IMG/VR virus record: IMGVR_UViG_3300046170_000454
Coordinates: 1-64,000 of that record
Strand: one strand, 5' to 3'
Source of the DNA: a virus
Taxonomy: Duplodnaviria > Caudoviricetes
Length of the DNA stretch: 64,000 nt
Part shown: positions 52,201-62,830 of the stretch, in pieces
Numbering within the stretch: position 1 is the stretch's first letter
How the letters are laid out: each line of letters opens with the position of its first letter
The notes under the pieces: model-generated
Databases searched by the model: none
The model's input: the letters and a program-made list of their open reading frames with translations, nothing else
Told to the model about the DNA's origin: nothing
Position numbers and translations under genes: made by a program

Positions 52201-55200
52201 AGATAAGATCACGTCACCTTTCGAGTCCCTTACAAAAGGTAGGCAGATATTTATCCGCATAGATGAAGTGGATCAGACTCCTTATATCCTCAATAAAGGT
52301 GTGGCTCTTGGTGACGTAGCAGACAACCTCGTCCTGCCTAGCTTGAACGCGGATAAAGAAACTCTCGCAGATTTCATCTTGAATATCGGAAGTAGGGAGT
52401 TTAATAAGTTTTTAGGTAATCTTAATCGGGTTGAAGTGTTCACGGATGACGAGGCGGTCATCGAATATCTCCCCACAGGAGAGCTGAGAGTAGGTTTAGA
52501 GATCGTAACGAACCTCGCTGACAGCGTGGTGTATTACAGCGAGTCTTTCTCTGTTGATGTCTTAGAGCTAGACCCACACAATGGTGTGGTTAATACGCAG
52601 GCAACCTCTGCTTACTTTGTTGAGGTGCTGATTGAGGGTGCAGACTTTAAAGCTAACTCTCTCGCAGGGAGCTTCCAGCTCTCAAAGCCTCTTGTGAAAG
52701 ATCAAGAGATAGAGGTCACGTATCAACCTGGTGATATAGATGGTAGAGCCACTTCGGAAGATCGGATTACTAAGAAGCTCCCATTCTTTATTAAAAGCGA
52801 AAGCGCCCAAAGAAGCTCTCAGTACACGTATGAGTTTAACCTTAATGGCTTGCCACTCGATACGAGCTTTGAGCCTGTCGTTTACGTAGAGGCTAATCTC
52901 GAAAACTATAGAGGAGCTCAGACGGTTACGATTAGCGATGGGAGGCTAGACTTCAACCGCTCTATAACAGGCGGCAGACCTGTAACCGTCACATATGCTG
53001 TTTTCTCAGCTCAGGGTGGAGAGATTATATTCACGCTAGGAGAGCCTTACTACCATGAGCCTTTCTTCTTAGCGGTTGACCAAAGGCTCTTTAAGCTCAA
53101 GGGAGATAGGACTGAGATTAGCGCAGGTAAGCTCTTAAGATTAGGAGCGTCTACTCTTTACGTGACTTCTAGCGTTTATGACGCTGACGCAAATGAGACT
53201 TCCGTTGAGATCACCCCTACTCCTACAAAAGAGCTCGGCTCCCGCTCTGCAAGCAACCCTGAGTTGATGCTCATCACAGACCGTTCCGTCACAGAGTCTT
53301 TCCTAGTGCCTTTTGAGGAAGCCTTCAACCTCAGCAACCCTCCCGTGTTCGCGCCCGTGTCTAGGGGCGCAAAGAACCTTACCCTTTTCGGTAACTTCCT
53401 AGAGTACGCGATTACGGGGAATGTACTTGAGGTAGGCGGAGACTCCTTTATCATCGCTTCAGCAACCGTTTCTGAAGACGGCAACCAAACCACGATAGAG
53501 TTGACGGACATATTTCAGAAAGGGTACTCCAGCTCGGACTCCCTTAAGATTAGCAAGACACCTATATACCAAAAGAATACCCCCATCGTTGTAGGCAAGG
53601 GTGCTTATCTAACGTCAAACCCTTACACCCTCATACGCTTAAACAGTGAGGGTATCGGTGAAGCTCTGCGCCAAGACCTCGATTTCACCATAAACCCCTC
53701 CACAGGGGATATGGCTTTTGACTCTAACCACTTTAAAGGCTTCGATGCTGGAGACGAGCTATTCGGAGCGTTCAGCTTAATCAAAGCGCCTTCTCCGTAT
53801 TTCCGAGACGGGGTGCTTGTAAGCCCCTTATTAGGCATCTCTTACATTAAAGTCGTATCTCCTGAAGAGAACAATGGGTTCATCTTGAAAGGCAAGTACG
53901 AGTACGTAGACCCTGACGGGTTTTACTTCCGCGCTTTACCACTCAAGGAGTTTGCGAAAGAGGTCTTAAGCGAAGACCGAGAAAAGAACCTTAATACCTT
54001 CGGCTCTTTTCTCGCCTCAGCGCCTGACGAGAGTAACGATAAAGGTGTATCAGGCATACTCTCGACCCGCACAAGGATTAAAAATAAGGAGCGCGTAGCT
54101 CGATCTTTCCTGAGCTTCTACCATAATGTAGTGTGTTCTCTTGAGCAGATGGTAGAGACTTCAGAGGGTGTCTTCATTGGTGATCGAGACGGTAAACTCA
54201 AGTTTAATATTAGGCGAGAAGACCGCGTAACCGAGACACCTGGCTTCGAGAACCTGATCGAAGGCTCTTACACGCCAAGAATACTCTTCCGAGAGGCATT
54301 CTCAGCGGTGTCTAACTCGCCTTACATTCCTATTAGCAGTGACCCGCTCTTGCGCCCGCACATTACACCCTCTTTGATTGACGGTGTTGTGTTTGACGAC
54401 CAAGACATGACCTCTAGCGAGATTAAAAGACTTACGAATGATCAGAAGCGTTACGTAGAGAACGATGTTGATGACATTGTGCTTGTAGGCACTCGTAAAA
54501 AAACAATAAAAATCAACGGCGATAAGAAAAGCACTCTTAGGGGAGTCTATAAGAGGCTAGGTGAGCTCCATAAGCTCTCAAGACTCTTCCCTCAAAGAGC
54601 TCAGGGATACGGTCAAATCTACAAAGGCCACGTTTCAGACGAATACCCTAACGACGGTATCTTTACGGCAGGTCGAGTTGTTGAGACAGGGCGCGGTGTT
54701 TTTGATTATGGGTGGGCAGATACAAATGGGAATGTAATCGGTCAGCTTCAAAACAACGTAATAGGAGAAGTGAGCGCGGTTACAGACGCTACTCTAAGAA
54801 AGCGGTTTCCGAGAGCGCGTGTTGTAAGTTACTCACCTCACGGGTTTCCTGAGTTAGACACATCCTTAGGACTTGTCGGCGCGGAGTCCTTCTCAGTGAC
54901 TCCTAGACCTGCAATCTTAGCCACTCCTCTCCTAATCAAAGATTTCCCCCTAGATGAGAACGAGCTACCTGACCTTACCAAACTCATCTCTAACGGAGGC
55001 TCTTTAAGTGATTTGACAACAGGGGATGTGGAGTTATCTACCCCAGAGTTTAAGGCAGGCGATACTCTAAACGTAGGGTATGCGAACGGGCAAATCATTA
55101 ACCTTAGAGATGTTAAATACGTCGAGATACAGGACGAGCCTGTATACGCCAAAGTATCGGTAAGAAATATCTATGCTGGATGCGTAATCGACTTAAAGAG

Positions 55201-58200
55201 CGAGGAGTCAGACCCTGTTGAGCGTGTTCAAGACATCTCTAGCCTTAGAGAAGGAGCTGTCATCTCCGAAGGCGATACCCTCTTCGCGGAAGCAACACAG
55301 CCTTCCAGCGATGCAGGTATTAGCCCTACGATAGAAGAGATGGTTCTCGTCTCCTCTTTCTCGGATACTTACAGAGCAGGTTCTGATTTCACGCTCCGCT
55401 CCAACGGGGAGATCGCAGACCGATCTCTACCTAGCCTAGAAGACACAGTACCTTTTCCTCTAAAAGAAATGTTAGGTCAAACTCCCCCTACACCTGGGAT
55501 GTTCTATGACGCGAATATCTCTTTTTCGTATAGCGATATCGAGCCCCTAAGATTACCTGCGCTCTTTAGTGAAGATAAGTCTGATAGTGGGGACTACCCC
55601 GTACCTTACCTCTCAAGTCCTTCTGTAGAGAAGATTAGGTTGAGAGCACTCCAAAAGAAGCTCCAAACGGTTTTAGACCAAGATAACGCTACGGTTACTC
55701 AGTCAGATTACCCTGACGAGATTGTTGAGCGTTCCGCTGTACCTAACGACATGGGTATCTTAGAGTTTTCAAGATCACTGCTCCCAGTAACGGACGCAGG
55801 GGCTTACATCCCTAAAAGCGGTGTTGCAGACGCGGAGCCTTATGACCTAATGCTCTCAGAAACATTAGAGGGCTCTACGTTAGGTAGTAGAGGCATTCTT
55901 TCGGTAGGCAGAGTAGACTCTAATAGCGTTGAGCCGCCTAGATATGTAAGCCACACAGAGATCGGCAATAAGATTTCTTACGTTTTAAATAACGCGCTTG
56001 CTTACGAAGACCCAGGGCCACTTCTCAGGGGTAGCTGTACGTCGCGTCTATGACGCTGTGTTGAATGTTTATGTGTATACCTTCAAAATCGAGTCTATCG
56101 GAGGTTTAGACCTTACACCGTTTGAAGACTTATGGCTTAACGCAGAGTTTGGCACAGTTATCGAGATTAATCTCTATAAACGAGACATAGACCCTTTCGT
56201 CGCGGTAAACGAGGGCGAGATTGTTGATACGATTAGGCTCACTAAAACTACACCGTCAGGCAGTGTCACAGGCAGTGTACAAAGAATAAGCGCAGACGGA
56301 ACAGTCAGTGCGGGTTTCGCACTATTGTTCGGTAGCTTCTCGTTTCAAACAAACCTTGTCATTACCACCGCTACTTTGGGCTCTCCTCTCATTGACCCTA
56401 GCCATTACTTCCATAAAGTGACTTCGGGCGCTAACTTCTTCGTCTCTAACCCTAATGACAGTGAGGGTCATTTAGACTTCAGCGTTAACATTAGAGCCAG
56501 CTCCCGTACCGCTAATATTGAAGAAGACAGACTCACCTTTACAGAGGTGTACCCTCTCTCTCACGCGGGCGAGCGTGGGCGTATGCACTCTATAAGCGGC
56601 CTTTCTTTAGAAGCAACGCTTGATGTAGAGCAAGTTGAGACAGGGCTTACAGGAAACCCTGATAGCTCAGTAAACTCTGCCTTAGAGGTTAACGGAGGCA
56701 ACCCTCTTACCTTTAAGAGAAGGACACTTGACCACCTCGGTGTAGGCATCTATGGCGCTACCAGCGCAAGGTGGGGTTTGAGGGCTCACGGTTGGGAGGG
56801 TTCGGGTAACCAGCCCGTTAAGAACATCTTAGAGGCTTCTAATGAAACTGTCAGCGTGTCTGTGATCCCTAGCTCAGAACCTGTGGTGGTTGGTACTGTC
56901 TTAGCAGAAGACCTCGCTAGCTCGAACTCAGACTTTATCCTCAAGGACGTGACACTTTCTTCAGGTGCTCTCGACGGTATTGAAAAGAGTGATGTACTTA
57001 AGATTAAAAGCTCTGCGGTGGCTGGCTACCCTTGCACCACAAAATCAGGCTCTTACTTGATTAGGGGCGTTGTCCCTGCTGACGCGGGCTTAGATTATGG
57101 TACTTTTGAGAAAGACCCGCCCGTAGTATCTGTCTTCCCGCTCTTCAAAGAGATTACTTCATCAGGAGGCACATACTCGATTACGGTACAAGAGCCTATC
57201 AACGACCCTCAATCGTATCGGTATTTCTTCCCTGTAGTAAGTGGACGTGTTCACATCATAACGGACTTTAGGAAGCTCTACTCAGGAAGCTCTACTGATC
57301 TCCGCTACGCAATCATTTGTGCAGACTATGTGCTCATTGAGAATAATATTACGTTTAAGACACTCTCAAATTTTAGAGATGCCCTAGGTAACGTGATACC
57401 CTCTAACGACTTCGCAGACCTTTTGACTAATCTGCGAGGTGCTCACATATCGGGGATGACCTCTCTACCTCTTGATTTTGATTATGCTGAGGGCTTCACA
57501 CCACAGGGCTATCATGACCCCGCGAGCTCCTTTTACGGGGTCGAAGAAATGACATTTAACACCATAAACGGAGACACTCTTGATTTCTCTGTAGGCAGAC
57601 CTGTTGATGCGACAGGCGGTAGCCTTGGTACTCTAGTAGGCGAGTTAGCCGTCCAGCCTTTTACTAACGTAATCTTAGAGGAATGGCGGAAAAGATATTC
57701 AGGGCCATATCTTTATAATAATACTCCGAGTAGCTTCAACCTCAGCTATCTTACAGATGCTCAATGGCTCACATTAAACAACCCAAGAGGTGTGTTAATC
57801 ACGAACCCTGCCGAGAGCGCTCTGCGGTGTTTAAGTCCTTTCGACACTTTCACGGCTACTTACCGAGCAACCGCTGGTATCTATCTTGAGCCTACAATAC
57901 CTCAGCCCATTCAAGACTTAGGTGACGGAACAACTCAGAGAGTGGTTGACGAGCAGAACACTAATAACCCTCTGAACCTTAATCTTAAGCTAGGGCTAAG
58001 GTCTTTATCGAGTTTTGTCCCTGCGGCTATCCCCACAGAGAAAGAATATGTCAACTTTGAGGTGTCTCATATTAGGCGCTTCCACGAAGCGAACAATTCT
58101 ATAAAAACGGATGCTTCTGAGCTTTCTTACATCTACGAGATGAGAAGAGCTAACAGCGTCTCCTTTGTTGACGGCGCTAACGGATTAAAGACAGTTTTCG

Positions 58201-59624
58201 AGTCTAACGGAGGCACTCAACTGGGGCTCTTTACAGACTACAGCGTTAATATTAATGCAGGGGACGAGTTAAGGGTAAAACGTAGAGGAGTCACCGTTTT
58301 CCAGTCTAAGATTACAAAAGTAGAGGCTGAGCGCCTTTATTTAGAGCTAGATTGGGAGCTCGACGCAGACCACACATATGATGAAGCGGTAGTCTTATTA
58401 AAACAAGCTCCCATACCTCATCAGCAGTCTTGCGAAGAGCTTTTAGACGCAATCACAGACTCTGTTAGAGTCACCATGACGGCAGAGGCTGGATTTGGAG
58501 GTTATACCCCTTGGCGCACAAACTATGAGGACTCTATCAATTTCTTAAAGGACAATAATACGGATCGGGATGTATCAGACCCTCTTTACCTTAACTATGT
58601 CGATGAGGGTGTCGAAGAGGGTGATATTGTGATTATTGACCCTGCGGGTGTTCTAAACGATTTAGGAGAGCAAGGGGCTCGACCTTTCGGAGACATTGGA
58701 GTGCCAGGTCGCTTAGACTCTCTTGGCAATCCTGTACACCAAGCGGGCTCCCCTAGCCCTTACGATGACAACCGAGGCTTTTACAAAGTATTAAGCGTGA
58801 GTCCTACGGAGTTAACGGTTACTTCTCTCACGGGTGTTGTAGGTAACTCCGCGTTTGGGGACGTGATTGAAGACAGTGGCGATAATCAACGCGCTTTTAC
58901 AGTGTACCCTACCGTCAACGGTAGCCTTTTGTCAGACAATGGGCTAGAGGGTCAAATGGATTTAAGACCTACAGAGTATGCTGACTCAAATACGCTTTCT
59001 TTTGGAGGCAACTATCTCTCAGTAGCGCCGTACTCCTACAAGATCATCAAGCCTACAGGGTTACTCTCCGAAAATGCGGTAGGTCAAATCCTATTGCTTA
59101 GAGAGCGCACGTTATCGCTTGTGGATCAGATCAGGGCTCTCTATGCGAATAAGAAATACGGAACATACCGAGACTTCCAAGAAGAGGCACACGCTCAAGA
59201 TGTAGGGTCTAACGTCGATCCTACAATAGGTTTAGGAGTGGCTTTGAATGTTCTCGTTGAGGATGTGAGAGGTCAAGTGAGTATCGCCCCTTACGTTAAT
59301 GACTCAGACTGCTTAAGTATCCTAGACAGGCGCGTATTTATTGAAGACTCCGACCTTGACAATGAAACTCCTACAGGGTCTGCTGAGCCGTATACTCTTT
59401 TCGAGGATGATTTCAACCAGCCTTCGATGCTTACGAGGATTAGTGAGCTTCTAAACCAAGGTGAAGACTTGTTAGAGTCTCGATATTCTTGGCTAGATTA
59501 CAGAGTTAATCGTAAAGACGGGAGTTTCCAAGAGCTTCTCAGATACGATATTTTTGAGCTTCCGCGTCGGCAAAAGGAAGCGATAAACCGAGCTAAGAGA
59601 CTCGCTACTAACTTGGAGGACTAG
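49271..59624 (+). CDS. Giant virion protein (~3450 aa), +1 frameshift at 56012-56017
   Basis: Removing one G from GAC CCA GGG CCA gives EDPGHFSGVAVRR, joining 49271-56053 to 55998-59624. Confidence 0.7.
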
Positions 59625-59627
59625 ATT

Positions 59628-59825
59628 ATGTCAGGAAACGATAAAGACTCATGGGGCAAGCTAGACAAAGACCTCCAGTTAAAAGACCTCCCTGCGGGCA
59701 AAGAATATTACGAGCGCCTCTTACAACTTAAAAAGTTTTTTGAAGGACAGGTAGAGATTGAGAAGCAAAAGCTGATCAACGCGAAAATCCAAATCCACAA
59801 AATAAAAAACGGTGGAGGTAAGTAA
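59628..59825 (+). CDS. Small coiled-coil hypothetical protein
   Basis: 65 aa, GGAGG Shine-Dalgarno site, TAATG coupling to the next gene. Confidence 0.65.
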   Translation: MSGNDKDSWGKLDKDLQLKDLPAGKEYYERLLQLKKFFEGQVEIEKQKLINAKIQIHKIKNGGGK

Positions 59826-61954
59826 TGGCGGAGCAGTTAAACGAGTGGGGCAAAGCTGATCTTATCGTCCCTGACTTCCTTAAAGACGTTAGGGATGGGG
59901 TAAACGAGGTAGCGGAGTTTTTGCTAACGGTACTAAACATCGCCAACGACGTATTAGACCTCATTAAAAACTTTGTCTTCGACTTCGCTAATCCGATTAA
60001 CCTCATCATTAAAGAGCTTCTCGGTTTAGTTAAGTCTTTACTCGATGATCTCCGTAACTTGGGTGTTTACGTATATAAAGACATACCCACTAATGTTTCT
60101 AACGTATTTCTTCAAGAGAGACTCGAAGGAGGGTACGAAGGATTTGAAGGTCGCTTAACAGGGGCAATGCTTAACAGCTCAGACCCGAACAACCCTGTGT
60201 TCTTGTTTAGCGAGAACACTAGCTTATTCGCGCTGTTTTTTTATTACAGTGCGCCCGCGAGTTTAGTGCATAAATTCGTAAAGACCGTTAATGAGATAGA
60301 CTCTTACTTCCTAGGCTCAAAAACTCCTGAGATCACGGCGTTAGCGACAGACCTCAGTTTTTCTTATCTGCAAAAGGTAGGGGATCGCTACTCTAATATT
60401 AAGAGTAGCGCAGGTGTCACTGACAGTGGTCTGCCTGCTGATGCGGTTAAGATCAGTTGGCAATACCCTGAGGGCGCACCCGTACCTGAAAAGGCTTTTA
60501 TAGATATCTCAGCCTATAAAAAAGGCTTAATGCCTGTAGTAAGCACAGCAGGGCCACCCCATACGACTAGTACAAGCCCTCTCCTCCAAACCTGCATAGA
60601 CTCTAAAGGTAGGCAGATTGTACTTTATGGAGGTCACGCGTTAAGTGAGCTTCAAGGGAAAAATGTAAGCCTCTTTACTCAGATAGATAAGCCTGGATTT
60701 GAATATAGAGACATCGGTAAGTACCAAGTCACTAAAGAAATAGATTTATCTAGCTTCAGCGGTTTCTCTTTAAGCGACACGGTGTCTTACAATCTTGAGT
60801 TTAATGATTTGCCCCGTGGCGATGGTAGCTTAAGCGCATTTTATGTCCGTGTACGTACAGGGGAAATTGAAGATAGCACCAACGCATGGACGTATCCTGA
60901 TGCTATATCAAAACCTTTAGAGATTAAAGTACCTAAAGACCTCAGTAAATTTGCACAGCTCATTGAATATAGTTTGGTCGTTGCTATGGTGTGTAAAAAT
61001 ACAGAGTTGGCTCGAACTAGTTCTTCTTTACAGAGAACCCTGAAGACTTACGAGGTGTCTTTTAGGGGGCTTAACAAGATTACGGACATTGACGATTATG
61101 AAAACTCGTTAAAAAAGATCAGCTCTGACCTCTCCAAAGAGCTCTTAGAGAGGTTTACGATGCTTCCTGAGCAGACTCGAAGTAGGATGGTTGAGTTATA
61201 CCTTACAAAACTTTATCAATTTTGGTATTCACTCTGGATTGTAGGAACGCTAGTACCTTCAGGGGCTCTCTACGTTGACGGAAGAAAGCTCGCAAAAGTG
61301 CGTGAAGTCTCAAAACCGTTGCTGGCACAAGGTATAAAAAACACAGGCTTCGCTGTCTATTACCCTGATCAGTCCCAACAAAAGCCTGTTTACGAGTTAC
61401 TACAGGGACAGTATAGCGTAGCCTTGAAAGGTGCTGAAGTAATACTTAACATGGTTAGCTCTTCCACAGTTCCTGAGAGCGCATGGGAAGCCTATCGAGT
61501 GTTTCCTAGAGTATTCCCTGATGTAGAGGATATCCTCCAGCAAGTTAATGATTTCTTCGAGACTCTCCTAAAAGGGTTTAAAGGGATCGTAGAGAAGATT
61601 ATAGATTACATCGAAGCTATACAGAGCCGTATCGCTGAGCTTCAAAACTTCATCTTAAGGATAACAGCGCTCTTAAACGCTCTTTTAGTCAGAATAGGCT
61701 CAGTAAGTAGTTTTAATGTCCTGCTTGTAGAAGCAAAAGGCGGTCAGGACTTAATGACTAACTTTTTAAATGCAGACAACAAACCTGCTGACGACGTGAG
61801 GGATCTCTCCGCTGGTGTAGGGCTTGTCTTTGGTGGTGTGCCTACACTCCTAATCGACACCTTCAAGTTTATTAAAGAAAACGTCGTTAGTGAAGGAGAG
61901 CAAGGGAGCGACACCGAAGAGCTACCTGCGTTACCTGACGGATTGGAGTTTTAA
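59825..61954 (+). CDS. Hypothetical virion-associated protein with helical termini
   Basis: 709-aa ORF in the structural operon. Confidence 0.6.
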   Translation: MAEQLNEWGKADLIVPDFLKDVRDGVNEVAEFLLTVLNIANDVLDLIKNFVFDFANPINLIIKELLGLVKSLLDDLRNLGVYVYKDIPTNVSNVFLQERLEGGYEGFEGRLTGAMLNSSDPNNPVFLFSENTSLFALFFYYSAPASLVHKFVKTVNEIDSYFLGSKTPEITALATDLSFSYLQKVGDRYSNIKSSAGVTDSGLPADAVKISWQYPEGAPVPEKAFIDISAYKKGLMPVVSTAGPPHTTSTSPLLQTCIDSKGRQIVLYGGHALSELQGKNVSLFTQIDKPGFEYRDIGKYQVTKEIDLSSFSGFSLSDTVSYNLEFNDLPRGDGSLSAFYVRVRTGEIEDSTNAWTYPDAISKPLEIKVPKDLSKFAQLIEYSLVVAMVCKNTELARTSSSLQRTLKTYEVSFRGLNKITDIDDYENSLKKISSDLSKELLERFTMLPEQTRSRMVELYLTKLYQFWYSLWIVGTLVPSGALYVDGRKLAKVREVSKPLLAQGIKNTGFAVYYPDQSQQKPVYELLQGQYSVALKGAEVILNMVSSSTVPESAWEAYRVFPRVFPDVEDILQQVNDFFETLLKGFKGIVEKIIDYIEAIQSRIAELQNFILRITALLNALLVRIGSVSSFNVLLVEAKGGQDLMTNFLNADNKPADDVRDLSAGVGLVFGGVPTLLIDTFKFIKENVVSEGEQGSDTEELPALPDGLEF

Positions 61955-61955
61955 G

Positions 61956-62816
61956 ATGAGCTTTAACTTTTTAGGTACATTCCGTGAGGGCTCATGGAGA
62001 GCTTTCCGAAAGTTTGTTGGCGAAGCAAGGCGAGATGCCACTAGAAGGCTAGCTTCAATCGACGCTGAGCAAAAGAGGATAGGGGAAGTGATTGTCCTTT
62101 ACGAAGACCTCCCTACCGATCCTACAAAGAAAACAGAGCGCCGTTTAGGTCTTGTAGTGGATAGCGGGTCTTCTATCCATAAGCTCATACAGGCTTATGT
62201 CGCAGTCGGCGGTAACCCTTTCGACATCTCAATGTTCTTAGGGCCTGACAGCACTGTACCTTTAAAAGATGAAAGCTCAGGTAAAACAGTTTACTATCAA
62301 AGGTATCCCTACGGGGGAGTAGCTTCTCCTCAATCAAAAGACCCTACAAAGCAAACCTTAGACTTAAAAGGCACGCTACCTTTCCACAAATACCATCAAA
62401 ACAAGACAGGGCGGAGAGGCCATTATTGGGATCAAGCCAAAGAGGTAATGATCTCGGTTTCTCAGATTAGAGAAGTGTTCCCTCAAGAGATTAAGATTAG
62501 ACGCAACGAGCTAGAGGCGCGTATTATCAAACTCTGCGACCTATACGAACAGCTCGAACAAGAAAAAGATTTAATCTTAAGGCGCTTAGGAGACTCCCCT
62601 AACATCGTCACCGCTGAGACTTTCGAGGAAAAAGACCTAGATTTCTCCGTAGCCCGTAATCTTAAAGTGATAGATAAAAACTTTTACGAAGACGGTCTAC
62701 TTCCTGATCCCCGCGAGCCAGGCTACGATAAGCTCTCCCCTCGCCCTTATTACTCATTACTAGATAATATAGAGCAAGATGACGGGACTTACCCTGAGCA
62801 TTGGTCTGCTCTGTAA
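61956..62816 (+). CDS. Hypothetical protein (start MSFNFLG)
   Basis: GGAG before the ATG at 61956, immediately after the previous stop. Confidence 0.65.
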   Translation: MSFNFLGTFREGSWRAFRKFVGEARRDATRRLASIDAEQKRIGEVIVLYEDLPTDPTKKTERRLGLVVDSGSSIHKLIQAYVAVGGNPFDISMFLGPDSTVPLKDESSGKTVYYQRYPYGGVASPQSKDPTKQTLDLKGTLPFHKYHQNKTGRRGHYWDQAKEVMISVSQIREVFPQEIKIRRNELEARIIKLCDLYEQLEQEKDLILRRLGDSPNIVTAETFEEKDLDFSVARNLKVIDKNFYEDGLLPDPREPGYDKLSPRPYYSLLDNIEQDDGTYPEHWSAL

Positions 62817-62830
62817 AGGAAAGAAAACTT

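Noticed and set aside
16196-59624. Calling the five frameshifted genes pseudogenes
   Set aside because: Each has a single +1 lesion at the same motif in otherwise intact, probably essential genes, which does not fit random decay.
24341-59624. Bacterial extracellular contractile injection system or tailocin locus
   Set aside because: It is contiguous with phage replication and nucleotide-metabolism genes and has no host chromosomal context.
62817-62830. glmS ribozyme upstream of glmS
   Set aside because: There are only 14 nt of intergenic space.
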